NCBI GenBank assembly: GCA_041660565.1
Contig: JBAZWC010000001.1
Location: forward strand, 302,481 to 366,480
Reading direction: 5' to 3'
Length of the DNA: 64,000 nt
Origin: Patescibacteria group bacterium
GTDB lineage: Bacteria; Patescibacteriota; UBA1384; CAJBMM01
Shown: in pieces, positions 20,222 to 29,525 of the stretch
How positions within the stretch are numbered: the stretch's first letter is position 1
How the letters are laid out: the number at the start of each line of letters is the position of its first letter
Program-made: the position numbers and the translations under genes
The notes under the pieces: generated by a model
Told to the model about the DNA's origin: nothing
Seen by the model: only the letters and a program-made list of their open reading frames with translations
Database searches by the model: none

Positions 20222-20536
20222 CTAGTAGACCCGGGAGAACAACGGCTCGATAACTGCGACATACTCGCCAATAGGCAAAGCTCGAGGCATTACGGATCCC
20301 TTCAGCAACTGGGCAATGTTGTACACGATGCCCTCGATTTCCTCGCGGCCAAACTCCGACGCAACGTCTGAGGGTTCGACAACCAGAGTAAGTCGCACAT
20401 CTTTTCGACCAAATACCGGTTCTACCCTCTCGACGGCAAATGTCCGACAGGAAACATCCGCAATGTACCTCAATAACTCATCCGACGGAGTCCATTGATG
20501 CTCTCCGTCATCGTACCCAGACACTAATACTCGCAT
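20222..20536 (-). CDS. Orphan cassette protein A
   Basis: GGGAG SD; own promoter and terminator. Confidence 0.65.
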   Translation of the reverse strand: MRVLVSGYDDGEHQWTPSDELLRYIADVSCRTFAVERVEPVFGRKDVRLTLVVEPSDVASEFGREEIEGIVYNIAQLLKGSVMPRALPIGEYVAVIEPLFSRVY

Positions 20537-20553
20537 CAATGTCTCCCATGAAC

Positions 20554-20595
20554 CATGATGGCATTAAGATACTATTTTAGAACATCTTTGTCCAG
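20554..20595 (-). promoter_or_regulatory. 42-bp promoter identical to 21026-21067
   Basis: TGGACA-17 nt-TATCTT on minus strand. Confidence 0.8.
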
Positions 20596-20618
20596 ATCAA
20601 GTCAGAATAACAATTAAT

Positions 20619-20655
20619 AAAGGAAACCGCCCGGGTGGCGAACCACCAAGGCGGA
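20619..20655 (-). terminator. 37-bp terminator, copy 2
   Basis: Identical to 20174-20210. Confidence 0.85.
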
Positions 20656-20683
20656 GTGAACCAGGAAGAACGTTGCCGAAGTC

Positions 20684-21007
20684 CTAGGAGAATGTCGCTG
20701 AGAACATCTTTGCGGTGGTTGCCACATCGATGGTGGTATAGGGCGAGAATTGCTTGGTGTAGTCTTGCACCAGCTCTCCAACACGCTTGATCTGCAGATC
20801 GACGTTTTGAAGACTACCCAGCTCATCCCACATGTCCGGATTAATGATCCCGAACACATTTACGCTACCACCTGCTGGTGTCTCGCCGTAGCAGATACCG
20901 CCTATCACCACTGAATCGACCAGCGAACACGTGCGCAAAATGGTCTGCACAAGATCACCGACGCCGTCTTGGCGTTCGCTGGGAATTCCATCAATGACTA
21001 CGATCAT
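20684..21007 (-). CDS. Orphan cassette protein B (remote paralog of A)
   Basis: GGAGGG SD before ATG 21007; similar length and hydrophobic pattern to A. Confidence 0.65.
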   Translation of the reverse strand: MIVVIDGIPSERQDGVGDLVQTILRTCSLVDSVVIGGICYGETPAGGSVNVFGIINPDMWDELGSLQNVDLQIKRVGELVQDYTKQFSPYTTIDVATTAKMFSATFS

Positions 21008-21025
21008 AGTAGCCCTCCGGCACAG

Positions 21026-21067
21026 CATGATGGCATTAAGATACTATTTTAGAACATCTTTGTCCAG
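21026..21067 (-). promoter_or_regulatory. 42-bp promoter, copy 2
   Basis: Identical to 20554-20595. Confidence 0.8.
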
Positions 21068-21100
21068 TTTTGTTTATGTGAATTTAATAATTATTATATT

Positions 21101-21231
21101 TGTCATCCCCGCCCCGCTAAGCGGGGCAAAGGAACGCTTAGCGTCCCGACGTCCGTAATCCGTTTGCAGACGATGGCCTCCGGCTCTACGAGCCGATAGG
21201 CTCGGAGAGAGGACACTATTCGGGGATCCAG
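21101..21231. repeat. Nested composite GTCATC REP element
   Basis: Same ends as the 8657 element with extra internal hairpins. Confidence 0.8.
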
Positions 21232-21251
21232 TAAAAAATCCATTGTTACCC

Positions 21252-22346
21252 TTAGTTATGCGAGACCAAAGCTAAGATCTTTTCTTTGAATTTGTCTTCC
21301 GAGAACTGCATAGCGCGAAGATGGCAATCCTCTGGCTTAAACTTAGACGAATCAAACGTTTTTAGCTGATCTGCCAGGTTTTCCGCGTCGAGTGAGTCAA
21401 TTAGAATACCGGTGTGTGGCGTGACGATTTCTGCCGCTCCACCAGCGTTTCGGGCGATTACCGGACATCCGGCCGCCAGCGCTTCTACCATAGTAATGCC
21501 AAAATCCTCGGTTTGCGGGGCTAAAAACGCCTTAGCTTGGTACAACCAGTCGTCACGAACTTGATCTGAAACCCGTCCTAAGAATTTGACCGTTGGCCCG
21601 GCTAATTCCTGAAGTCGCTCGCTGTCGTTACCATCACCGATAATCACCAATTTAGTTTGACTCAAATTGGCTGCTTTTATTGCTAAATCAACGTCTTTAT
21701 GCGGTTCGAGGCGCGAAACGATCACAAAAGCGTCTTTAGTGTCACGTTTTTTGATATCAAATCGATCAACGTCTACCGGCGGATTTATTACGGTGCTCGG
21801 TTTATGATAAAACTTGGTAATGCGATCTTGGGTGGTTTTTGAGTTTGCAATAATCACATCTGGCCGCGATGAAGCAATCACATCCCATCGACGCAGGCGA
21901 TGCAGCATAAGCGGCACCAACCCTTTTAACGCGCCGGCAAATCGCCCGCGTTCAATATGGCTTTTGATATCAAACCATAAAAATCGGGTGGGGGTGTGCA
22001 TGTAGCAAATATGTTTCGTATTGGGCTGAGTAATTACGCCTTTGATGAAGCTAGATGAATCTGAAATTACCACGTCAAATTCAGATAGATCAAAACTTTC
22101 CACCGCTCGCGGCATTTCGGCGCGATAGTAGTTAATAAGTTTCTGAATTGCGGGGCGTTTTTGCAGATATGAGGTGCGAATATCCCAATCTTTATACACG
22201 CCGTGAGTACTTTTTTCGTCGTACAGTAATGTAAACACCGGCGCACTTGGAAAAAGCTGATGCAGACTGATCAACACCTTTTCCGCCCCACCATTCTTGA
22301 TGAGGTAGTCGTGAGCTAGAGCGATTTTAGGATTATTGGTGTTCAT
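21252..22346 (-). CDS. Glycosyltransferase family 4
   Basis: HDYL...GGAEKV; EDFGITMVEALAAGCPVI. Confidence 0.92.
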   Translation of the reverse strand: MNTNNPKIALAHDYLIKNGGAEKVLISLHQLFPSAPVFTLLYDEKSTHGVYKDWDIRTSYLQKRPAIQKLINYYRAEMPRAVESFDLSEFDVVISDSSSFIKGVITQPNTKHICYMHTPTRFLWFDIKSHIERGRFAGALKGLVPLMLHRLRRWDVIASSRPDVIIANSKTTQDRITKFYHKPSTVINPPVDVDRFDIKKRDTKDAFVIVSRLEPHKDVDLAIKAANLSQTKLVIIGDGNDSERLQELAGPTVKFLGRVSDQVRDDWLYQAKAFLAPQTEDFGITMVEALAAGCPVIARNAGGAAEIVTPHTGILIDSLDAENLADQLKTFDSSKFKPEDCHLRAMQFSEDKFKEKILALVSHN

Positions 22347-22518
22347 TTAGTTTATATCCAATTGTATTACCTGTCATTTCGACCCCTCGAGCGTTGTCGA
22401 GAGGTTGGAGAAATCTCGAAAAAAAACTGGGAGGGATTCTTTCTTAAGATTTCTCCACCGTGGTCGTGTTGACACACTTCCCGAGTCGAAATGACAGATA
22501 CTGACATTTACCTAGCAA

Positions 22519-23976
22519 TCAACACCCGCTTCTATCTTTAAATATGATCATCCATGGGGTTTTGATGATGATGGCAATATCCGCCCACAAGCTCCAATGC
22601 TCGATGTAATAAGTGTCTAAACGCACTTCTTCTTCAAAAGACAAATCGGAGCTACCGGAAATTTGCGCCATACCGGTCATCCCCGGTTTTATAGCTAGCA
22701 CTTTACGGTGATGTTTCTGGTAATTGGCAATTTCTTTTGCCAAGTGCGGACGCGGCCCAACTAGGCTCATTTTGCCAAACAGCACATTCACTAGCTGAGG
22801 AATTTCATCTATTCTACTGGCCCGTAAAAATCGACCGAGTGGTGTTACTCTAGGATCATGTTTCATCTTAAACAACGGACCATCGCCACGCTCATTAGAC
22901 TGTTGGCGTAGTTTATCCTCTAGTTTCTCGGCGTTTTTCACCATCGATCTAAATTTATACATCTTAAACGGTTTACCGCGTGAAATGCGATCATGCGAGA
23001 AAAATATTGGCCCCAAATCTTGAAGCTTAACCAAAATTGCCGTAACCAAAATTACCGGCGATAAAATGATTAACAACAGCAAAGAGCCTACAATGTCCAT
23101 TGCGCGCTTGAAAATCTTGCCCCAACCATCAAGAGGTGTGCGGCGCAGCGCTAACAGTGGTACCCCACCAATGTTTTCGGCTTGAACGTTACTAGATAGC
23201 ACCTCAAATAAGTTTGGAGCAAAAATAAAATCAAGCCTAAGCTCGTTGGTTCGGTCTATTACATCAATCATTAATTCATCATCCAAATCTGGATCGGCTT
23301 GAATGATGATATCGGGCTTAAGTTTAGCTATGGCATCATCAATATCTGCCAGCGTGCCAACGCATTTCATTTCAATATGATGATCGGTGTTGCTGACGGT
23401 TTTAAGTACGCCAATCACTTTTAAACCGCGGCTTTTTTCACGCGATGTAGTGTCGATAATTGTCTTTGCCACTTTGGTATTGCCAATTAGCAAAACTCGT
23501 TTTTGCCCAATCCCTTCTTCTAAAAGCAAATTGAGTAAGAAACGATAAACCAGCCGAACGCCAAATGTAACGATGATTGAGGCGATCCAAAAATAAACAA
23601 TGGTCAAAAGAGAGATGTTATTTGACCAAGTGAACCAGTTTTCGTAGCGGTTTTCGATAAAAGGCGTACGTCCAAACAGCACCACCATCAGCATAATCAT
23701 AATGGTGGTAGAGGTAGCTGAAACTACTCGAATTAGTTGTTGGCCGCTCTTACGAGTTTCAGAAAGGATATACAAACGGTGAAAGGCGTAAAAAAAGATC
23801 AGTATCGGCAGATACCAAATTAGAAAATGATAATTATTTATTTGCACCCGAGTTTGATCAAGCGGCAAAATGTCTAAAGTAGTACGCAGATTTTTGGCTA
23901 CCAAGATGCTTAAAAAAACAGCCACAAAATCGAGCACAGGCAAGAGAGCGGTAAACCATAATTCAAGTTTTTTCAT
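22519..23976 (-). CDS. Polyprenyl-phosphate sugar transferase (WbaP/WcaJ/EpsL family)
   Basis: KRAMD, YKFRSM, DPRVT, DEIPQL, SLVGPRP, KPGMTG. Confidence 0.93.
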   Translation of the reverse strand: MKKLELWFTALLPVLDFVAVFLSILVAKNLRTTLDILPLDQTRVQINNYHFLIWYLPILIFFYAFHRLYILSETRKSGQQLIRVVSATSTTIMIMLMVVLFGRTPFIENRYENWFTWSNNISLLTIVYFWIASIIVTFGVRLVYRFLLNLLLEEGIGQKRVLLIGNTKVAKTIIDTTSREKSRGLKVIGVLKTVSNTDHHIEMKCVGTLADIDDAIAKLKPDIIIQADPDLDDELMIDVIDRTNELRLDFIFAPNLFEVLSSNVQAENIGGVPLLALRRTPLDGWGKIFKRAMDIVGSLLLLIILSPVILVTAILVKLQDLGPIFFSHDRISRGKPFKMYKFRSMVKNAEKLEDKLRQQSNERGDGPLFKMKHDPRVTPLGRFLRASRIDEIPQLVNVLFGKMSLVGPRPHLAKEIANYQKHHRKVLAIKPGMTGMAQISGSSDLSFEEEVRLDTYYIEHWSLWADIAIIIKTPWMIIFKDRSGC

Positions 23977-24167
23977 ATAAAGATATATTACCACTTTTAG
24001 CGCTAGAGATAAAGGATGCTCACGTTATGTCATTTCGACCCTAGGAGATTGTCAAATCGACTATGTCGGAGAAATCTGAGAAAGAATCCCTTCAATTTTT
24101 TAAGGAGATTTCTCCAACCGTTCGTGGAAGCTCACGGGGTCGAAATGACAAAGTAGAAGTAACACCC

Positions 24168-24198
24168 AGAAAATCCACGGACGAGCCGTGGATTTTCT
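24168..24198 (-). terminator. Intrinsic terminator
   Basis: agaaaatccacgg-acgag-ccgtggattttct. Confidence 0.7.
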
Positions 24199-24220
24199 AT
24201 TTAATAATTAGATTTAATTA

Positions 24221-24361
24221 TTATGCTTTGCCAATTTTAAACATTTTGGTGCCACATGTTCCGCAAGTTCCGGTTGAAGCTGGTTTGCCATTTTTCATGG
24301 TAATTTGAGTTGCACCTTGCATTTCTCTTTTGGCTTTGCACTTAACGCAATATCCTTCCAC
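24221..24361 (-). CDS. 46-aa DUF5679-like zinc-ribbon protein (absent from the ORF track)
   Basis: MEGYCVKCKAKREM...MKNGKP...GTCGTCGTKMFKIGKA; GGAGGTG SD; terminator. Confidence 0.85.
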   Translation of the reverse strand: MEGYCVKCKAKREMQGATQITMKNGKPASTGTCGTCGTKMFKIGKA

Positions 24362-24479
24362 GTAAATCACCTCCTCTCGAAGTCATTTATGCTTACTTAA
24401 GCTCATAGTAGATTGAGCGTACCACGCTTGTCAAGAGGGAGAATGCGCTAGCCTGTGGATAAGAGAGGTTTTTAACCTC

Positions 24480-24580
24480 AAAATTCTAAATTCTAAGCAC
24501 TAGATTCTAAACAAATTCAAATGTTTTGAATTTAGTGCTTCTGATTTGTTTCGAATTTCGGATATAGTGCTTCGTGCTTA
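24480..24580. repeat. 7-mer AAATTC/GAATTT palindromic repeat family (also 11318-11350, 34112-34152, 41448-41479, 49411-49504, 55308-55412)
   Basis: aaattctaaattctaagcact...gaatttagtgctt...ttcgtgctt. Confidence 0.75.
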
Positions 24581-24584
24581 CCAG

Positions 24585-24833
24585 TTATGGCCATAACTGG
24601 TTGCCGTCTTTATCTTTAACGATAATGGCGTCGGTAGGACAACTTTGTGCCGCTTGAATGATAGTGTCTAGATCTTCGCCGTTTGCATCAATAATGATTG
24701 CTTTTTGCTCATCATCTAGTTCAAAAACCGCACCGGCGATAGTGACGCAACTGGCTGCACCAATACAAGCTTCGCGATCAATTTCGACCGTTACACCATC
24801 GGTTCTAGAAATTGGTTTGTTATTATTACTCAT
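24585..24833 (-). CDS. Ferredoxin (3Fe-4S-type motif)
   Basis: CIGAASC...SCPTDAI. Confidence 0.9.
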   Translation of the reverse strand: MSNNNKPISRTDGVTVEIDREACIGAASCVTIAGAVFELDDEQKAIIIDANGEDLDTIIQAAQSCPTDAIIVKDKDGNQLWP

Positions 24834-24866
24834 GTGGAAATTATATCATATTTTCTTAAATGCCAA

Positions 24867-26000
24867 TCAATCCAATTTGAGAATAGATTTAATTGACTCG
24901 GCAACTTTCTTGATCTCGTCTGACGTGTTAAACCGCCCCAAGCTAAACCGAATGCACGTAAAAGCATCTTGATAAGATATACCCATCGCCAGCAAAACAT
25001 GCGATGGATCGGTGGACGTGGCGCTACACGCCGAGCCGGCCGAAACGCAAATCCTACGTTGGTCTAGAGCATGAATTAGGTTTTGGGCATCGACGTCAGC
25101 AAATTTGATATTTAGAATATGAGGCACGTGGTTGCTTTCTGAGCCCACAACTAAAGTATTCGGCATTTTTAGCAGCTGGTCTTTTAATTGGTCATGTAAA
25201 CCGGAAATGCACTTAGACTCAGTTTGACAGTTTGCCTGGGCAATTTCGAGCGCCTTGGCCAATCCCACAATGCCGGCGACGTTTTCGGTGCCACCTCTGC
25301 GATGGTTTTCTTGCCCGCCACCGGTCATTACCGGACTAAAATCAACCTCATTCTTTACATAAAGCAATCCAACCCCTTTGGGACCGTAAATTTTTGATCC
25401 GTTTAGCGTAAGCAAGTCCACGCCTAGTTTCTTGACATCAAGATTTAGATAACCAGCCGCTTGACAAGCATCGGTATGAAAAATAGCGCCGGATTGATGC
25501 GATATCGTAGCGAGATCAGTAATCGGCTGCACCGACCCAACTTCGTTATTGGCATACATTACCGAGACAAATTTAGTCTTATCGCTTATCGTGTTCACTA
25601 ACGTAGACACTTCCACTATTCCCTCGGCTGTTGCCGGCAAGTATTTGACCGTAAATCCGCGTTTAAGTAAATTTTCGGCAGTCGACAGAACAGCCGGATG
25701 TTCAATTTGTGACACGATCAGCTCGCTACGTTTCGATTCGTCCGACATTACTCCTACCAGCGCTAAATAATCGCTTTCGGTACCTCCGGAGGTAAAAATG
25801 ATCTCATCTGGCGAGCAATTAAGTATTTTGGCGCATTTATCGCGTGCTGATTCCACCGCCTCGCGAGCTTCGGATCCAAGTTGGTGCATACTCGAAGCGT
25901 TGCCATACTGATTTGTCAGATACGGCATCATTTCGGCTAAAACACGGTCGTCGATCTTAGTTGTCGCCGCGTTATCTAAATAAATTATTGGATTTTTCAT
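24867..26000 (-). CDS. iscS: Cysteine desulfurase IscS/NifS family
   Basis: YLDNAATT, FTSGGTES, HTDACQ, SAGSACS. Confidence 0.92.
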   Translation of the reverse strand: MKNPIIYLDNAATTKIDDRVLAEMMPYLTNQYGNASSMHQLGSEAREAVESARDKCAKILNCSPDEIIFTSGGTESDYLALVGVMSDESKRSELIVSQIEHPAVLSTAENLLKRGFTVKYLPATAEGIVEVSTLVNTISDKTKFVSVMYANNEVGSVQPITDLATISHQSGAIFHTDACQAAGYLNLDVKKLGVDLLTLNGSKIYGPKGVGLLYVKNEVDFSPVMTGGGQENHRRGGTENVAGIVGLAKALEIAQANCQTESKCISGLHDQLKDQLLKMPNTLVVGSESNHVPHILNIKFADVDAQNLIHALDQRRICVSAGSACSATSTDPSHVLLAMGISYQDAFTCIRFSLGRFNTSDEIKKVAESIKSILKLD

Positions 26001-26126
26001 ATTTAAATTAAAACACAAATAACCACAATTTGCAATCAAAGCTACAAAAAAGAACTAGGGCGTTTCTTGCAAGAAACGCCCTACGTTGGCACAGAGCCAT
26101 CAGTCACAACCACTACGCGATCATCC

Positions 26127-26576
26127 CTAGGCGCAGTTTGTCGAAACAGACAACCAGCCGTGCATCTGGCCGGCTAGTTGACGGAAGAACTTCCGACATC
26201 TTTCGACGTCTACCCGCTGCGCTGTCCCGTTGGCGAGAGTATTCAGAGTCTCCTGAAACTGGATGAACAGGCGCGCGAAATCGTCGGGGGTATTCACCCC
26301 AAAGTCGTCCGGATGGGCGTTAACTACTCCCAGCGCACACCCACAGGCATCAAGCATCTCCACGGTTGGCGCGAACTTGGCGCCGGGATCAACGAACATC
26401 GAGTGCGCTTGCACGACATTCACAATCATCGCTCGCGCTTGGTTTACCGCCCCCTGCTGATCGGGAGATACTTGGCCGCTATTGAGGTATTGACCCAATG
26501 CACCAGAGGCCTTTGACGACATGAAGCCGTAGCGAAACGCTGTCGAACGGTCAAGGCTCATCATTGCGCTAGCCAT
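26127..26576 (-). CDS. GC-rich orphan helical protein
   Basis: ORF with TTGACA upstream (~26688) and terminator tagggcgtttctt/aagaaacgcccta at 26056-26083. Confidence 0.6.
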   Translation of the reverse strand: MASAMMSLDRSTAFRYGFMSSKASGALGQYLNSGQVSPDQQGAVNQARAMIVNVVQAHSMFVDPGAKFAPTVEMLDACGCALGVVNAHPDDFGVNTPDDFARLFIQFQETLNTLANGTAQRVDVERCRKFFRQLAGQMHGWLSVSTNCA

Positions 26577-26695
26577 CTTGGACCCCCAGTCGTAGCAACG
26601 TCGTCCCACACGCCCAGTGCGGCACGACTCTACCTTTGTAATGGTACTCCCCTTGACATCATATTAGTTCATAGACAATCATTGTCAAGCATTTA

Positions 26696-28759
26696 TTACG
26701 GCAATCGGGTTAGCCGGCGGCGGATTAGCCAACCAACGACTGAGATTATGATTAACGTAGCTCCACCACCGATTGACAAGTTGGTCGGGGTAAGTAGTTT
26801 CTGGGCTTGAGTTTTAGTTTCAGTTGGAACTACAACAGGAGCTTCTTTAAATGACGCGGTAACAGCCGTGGATGGGTTTGAAGTGTTATTGTGATTATCT
26901 GTAGCTTGTAGAGTAAACTGGTAGTCTGTGGCTAGTTTGAGTTTAGCATGATCTGCCAGTGTTAAATTGTAGCTAGTAACGGATTTCTCTAACTTTACCG
27001 TCTCTATGTTTGCACCCGACGCATCGTTAATATTCAAAATATATCCAGATAAATCGGCATCGATATCTGCAGTCCAAGATAGTTTAATGATAGATTTTGA
27101 GTAACTGGTAACAGCTAGGTTAACCGGAATACCCGGAGCTAGGTTATCTACTGAAGCAAAACTAACCGTATTAGAGCTTTTTGATTCAGAGGTACCTTTG
27201 TATGCTCTAACAAAGTAATAAAATGTAGTACCAACATCTGCTTTAGTATCGATATACTGTAATACTGTTTTTTCAGTTTTAGCTACGTTTACAAAATCTT
27301 TGGTTTGATCTGTAGTACTACGGTAAACCATATAACCGTTAATAGTAGATGAGGTAGATGCCTTCCACTTTAGAGTAGTATTTCCGCCTTGATCTCCGGG
27401 GAAATCTTCTGCAGTTAAACTAGATGGTACATTAATAAATGATACCGGAGTAGCTGGAGCAGCACCGGTACCAGCAGATACCCCAACTTGAGGTGCTGGG
27501 GTGTTGGCTACTACAACTTGAGGCGCGGCAGTTGCGCTTGTACCCGTGTTACTAGTACCGGTATTACCGGTGTTATTATTTCCGGTATTGCTACTGGCGG
27601 CTGTACTTGGAGTTGGAGTAGGGGTTGGGGTAGAATCACTGCCAACCACCGCATTCACCGTTAGAGTTGCTTCGTTGGAGGTAGCATTGCCGTAAGCGTT
27701 AGTAACTACGCATTTATATTTACTACCACTATCCGAGGTAGATAAAACACCGGTAGTATATGACGAGCTAGTTGCCCCCGAAACGTTGGCACTATTTTTT
27801 TGCCACTGATATGACAACGGCGCCGTGCCCGACGCAGAAACTGAAAATGTAGCGGTTTGCCCAGCGGTTACAGTTACACTAGATGGATGAGATGAAATAG
27901 ATGGCGCGGTACCTTGCGCAGGAGCATTAACTGAAAAAGCTACATAGACGTCTGAATACGCTACTCTGGAGTTATTAGACGTTCTCTCCAATCTCCCACG
28001 CAATATATGTGAGCCGTTAGCCACACCGGTGATTTGGTATGATCCATTTAATGTGGAATCGGTATATTCGGTACCGCTATCTATACTATAATGAGCATGA
28101 TATGTTGGAGCCATTTTAGTGGAAGTATAGCTTATTGTGACCGTACTAGAGGTTAGAGTCTGGCCACTGGTTGGAGAAGTGATGGTAAAAGGCGTCACCT
28201 GATACATACTAACCGCACCACTGTTTACCGCCAATTCTTCCGGGACTTCAAACAAAACACTACCACTACTAGCGTTCACGACTTTTGCTTTAGCGGTTCC
28301 ATTTGCCCCATACGCAGTCAGCTCAGTAATTAACTTTGCTGTAACATGAACGCTCCCGTGATATTTGTCAACGTAATCAAAAGCATTACTAGTAGCCACG
28401 CAATGATCATATTGACTGCCGCTAATGGTAACTTTACTAAAAACAATTGACTCCACGCTTGCCATAGCATTGGCTACGATACTCAAATTTCGATCCAATA
28501 TGTCAATTCTTACGTCTCCCGAAAAAGATGTGGGAGTAGCCGGATCGGCATAAGTATGCTGAGAAACCACTACGTCGTATGCAGTGGAAATATTATTGCC
28601 GTCTGTGGTGCCATCGTTGCTACAATATGTGTAAGTATCAGCCATCACCTTGGTACTTTTTGATAAAATCATCCCGGCAATCGATAAAACTAAAACAAAT
28701 CCTAAAAGCACCAGCGATGTCATAGATCGTGAAAAATATTTTTTATGCATTTGTACCAC
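26696..28759 (-). CDS. Surface protein with Ig-like and fibronectin-III-like domains
   Basis: Signal/TM; APSISSHPSSVTV..YQWQKN..YKCVVTN Ig; FN3 repeats; C-terminal TM plus RRR. Confidence 0.8.
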   Translation of the reverse strand: MVQMHKKYFSRSMTSLVLLGFVLVLSIAGMILSKSTKVMADTYTYCSNDGTTDGNNISTAYDVVVSQHTYADPATPTSFSGDVRIDILDRNLSIVANAMASVESIVFSKVTISGSQYDHCVATSNAFDYVDKYHGSVHVTAKLITELTAYGANGTAKAKVVNASSGSVLFEVPEELAVNSGAVSMYQVTPFTITSPTSGQTLTSSTVTISYTSTKMAPTYHAHYSIDSGTEYTDSTLNGSYQITGVANGSHILRGRLERTSNNSRVAYSDVYVAFSVNAPAQGTAPSISSHPSSVTVTAGQTATFSVSASGTAPLSYQWQKNSANVSGATSSSYTTGVLSTSDSGSKYKCVVTNAYGNATSNEATLTVNAVVGSDSTPTPTPTPSTAASSNTGNNNTGNTGTSNTGTSATAAPQVVVANTPAPQVGVSAGTGAAPATPVSFINVPSSLTAEDFPGDQGGNTTLKWKASTSSTINGYMVYRSTTDQTKDFVNVAKTEKTVLQYIDTKADVGTTFYYFVRAYKGTSESKSSNTVSFASVDNLAPGIPVNLAVTSYSKSIIKLSWTADIDADLSGYILNINDASGANIETVKLEKSVTSYNLTLADHAKLKLATDYQFTLQATDNHNNTSNPSTAVTASFKEAPVVVPTETKTQAQKLLTPTNLSIGGGATLIIISVVGWLIRRRLTRLP

Positions 28760-28793
28760 CTACTAAAATAAGTGTACATCAACCCCCAAAATT

Positions 28794-29093
28794 TTACCAA
28801 ATCCCCAGCAGATCTTTGACCTCTTGACTGGCCATTATTGAAGGATCCCAAATTGGGTCAAAAACCACCACTACTTCCACGTTAGAATAGTTATTTTTGT
28901 TTAGTTGATCTTTCACTTCTTGAATTAGGCTAGATGCGTACGGGCAAAACGGCGTGGTAAGGGTCATGGTGATTTTAACGTGGCGATCTGTCACTTCGGC
29001 ACCATAAATTAGTCCCAAATCTACAATGTTGATGTTTAGTTCGGGATCAACAACTTTTGAAAGCATCGTATTAATTTTAGGATCTATTTTCAT
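28794..29093 (-). CDS. sufT: DUF59/SufT Fe-S assembly factor
   Basis: VVDPELNINIVDLGLIY, TLTTPFCP. Confidence 0.9.
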   Translation of the reverse strand: MKIDPKINTMLSKVVDPELNINIVDLGLIYGAEVTDRHVKITMTLTTPFCPYASSLIQEVKDQLNKNNYSNVEVVVVFDPIWDPSIMASQEVKDLLGIW

Positions 29094-29111
29094 CCTCGTC
29101 ATCCCTGCCAA

Positions 29112-29525
29112 TCAAGCCAATTTATCCAATTTTGATATACAATCTGACAACCCCTGCCAAGGCAACCAAGCGCACCCATGGCGATTTGGGAACTGAGCTA
29201 CGCCACTTAAACTAATCAAACTGTCTGGCGGATTAGACCCCTTTAAGACTTGGTCGACATCAGAAATTAGCTTTTGAGTTTCGTTTCGACTTTTGCCATT
29301 AACCTCACGACACATTAGCGATGCCGAAGCTTGGCAAATTAGACATCCGTCAACTTGGCATGACACCTTTAATTTACCCAAAGCGACCTTAGCCTGAAGC
29401 TTAATTTTATCACCGCAGCTAAGGTGCGACCGCTCAATTTCAACATCCGGATTTTTTATTCGATCCGCGCCGGTTGGAAACTGGGCTAAATCTAGTAATT
29501 CTTGTTGATAGATATCATTTGACAT
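29112..29525 (-). CDS. sufU: SufU/IscU-type scaffold
   Basis: SCGD, GCLICQASAS, RHGCAWLPW. Confidence 0.88.
   Translation of the reverse strand: MSNDIYQQELLDLAQFPTGADRIKNPDVEIERSHLSCGDKIKLQAKVALGKLKVSCQVDGCLICQASASLMCREVNGKSRNETQKLISDVDQVLKGSNPPDSLISLSGVAQFPNRHGCAWLPWQGLSDCISKLDKLA

Noticed and set aside
24453-24461. oriC suggested by a DnaA box
   Set aside because: Only one clear box, no cluster and no dnaA in the window
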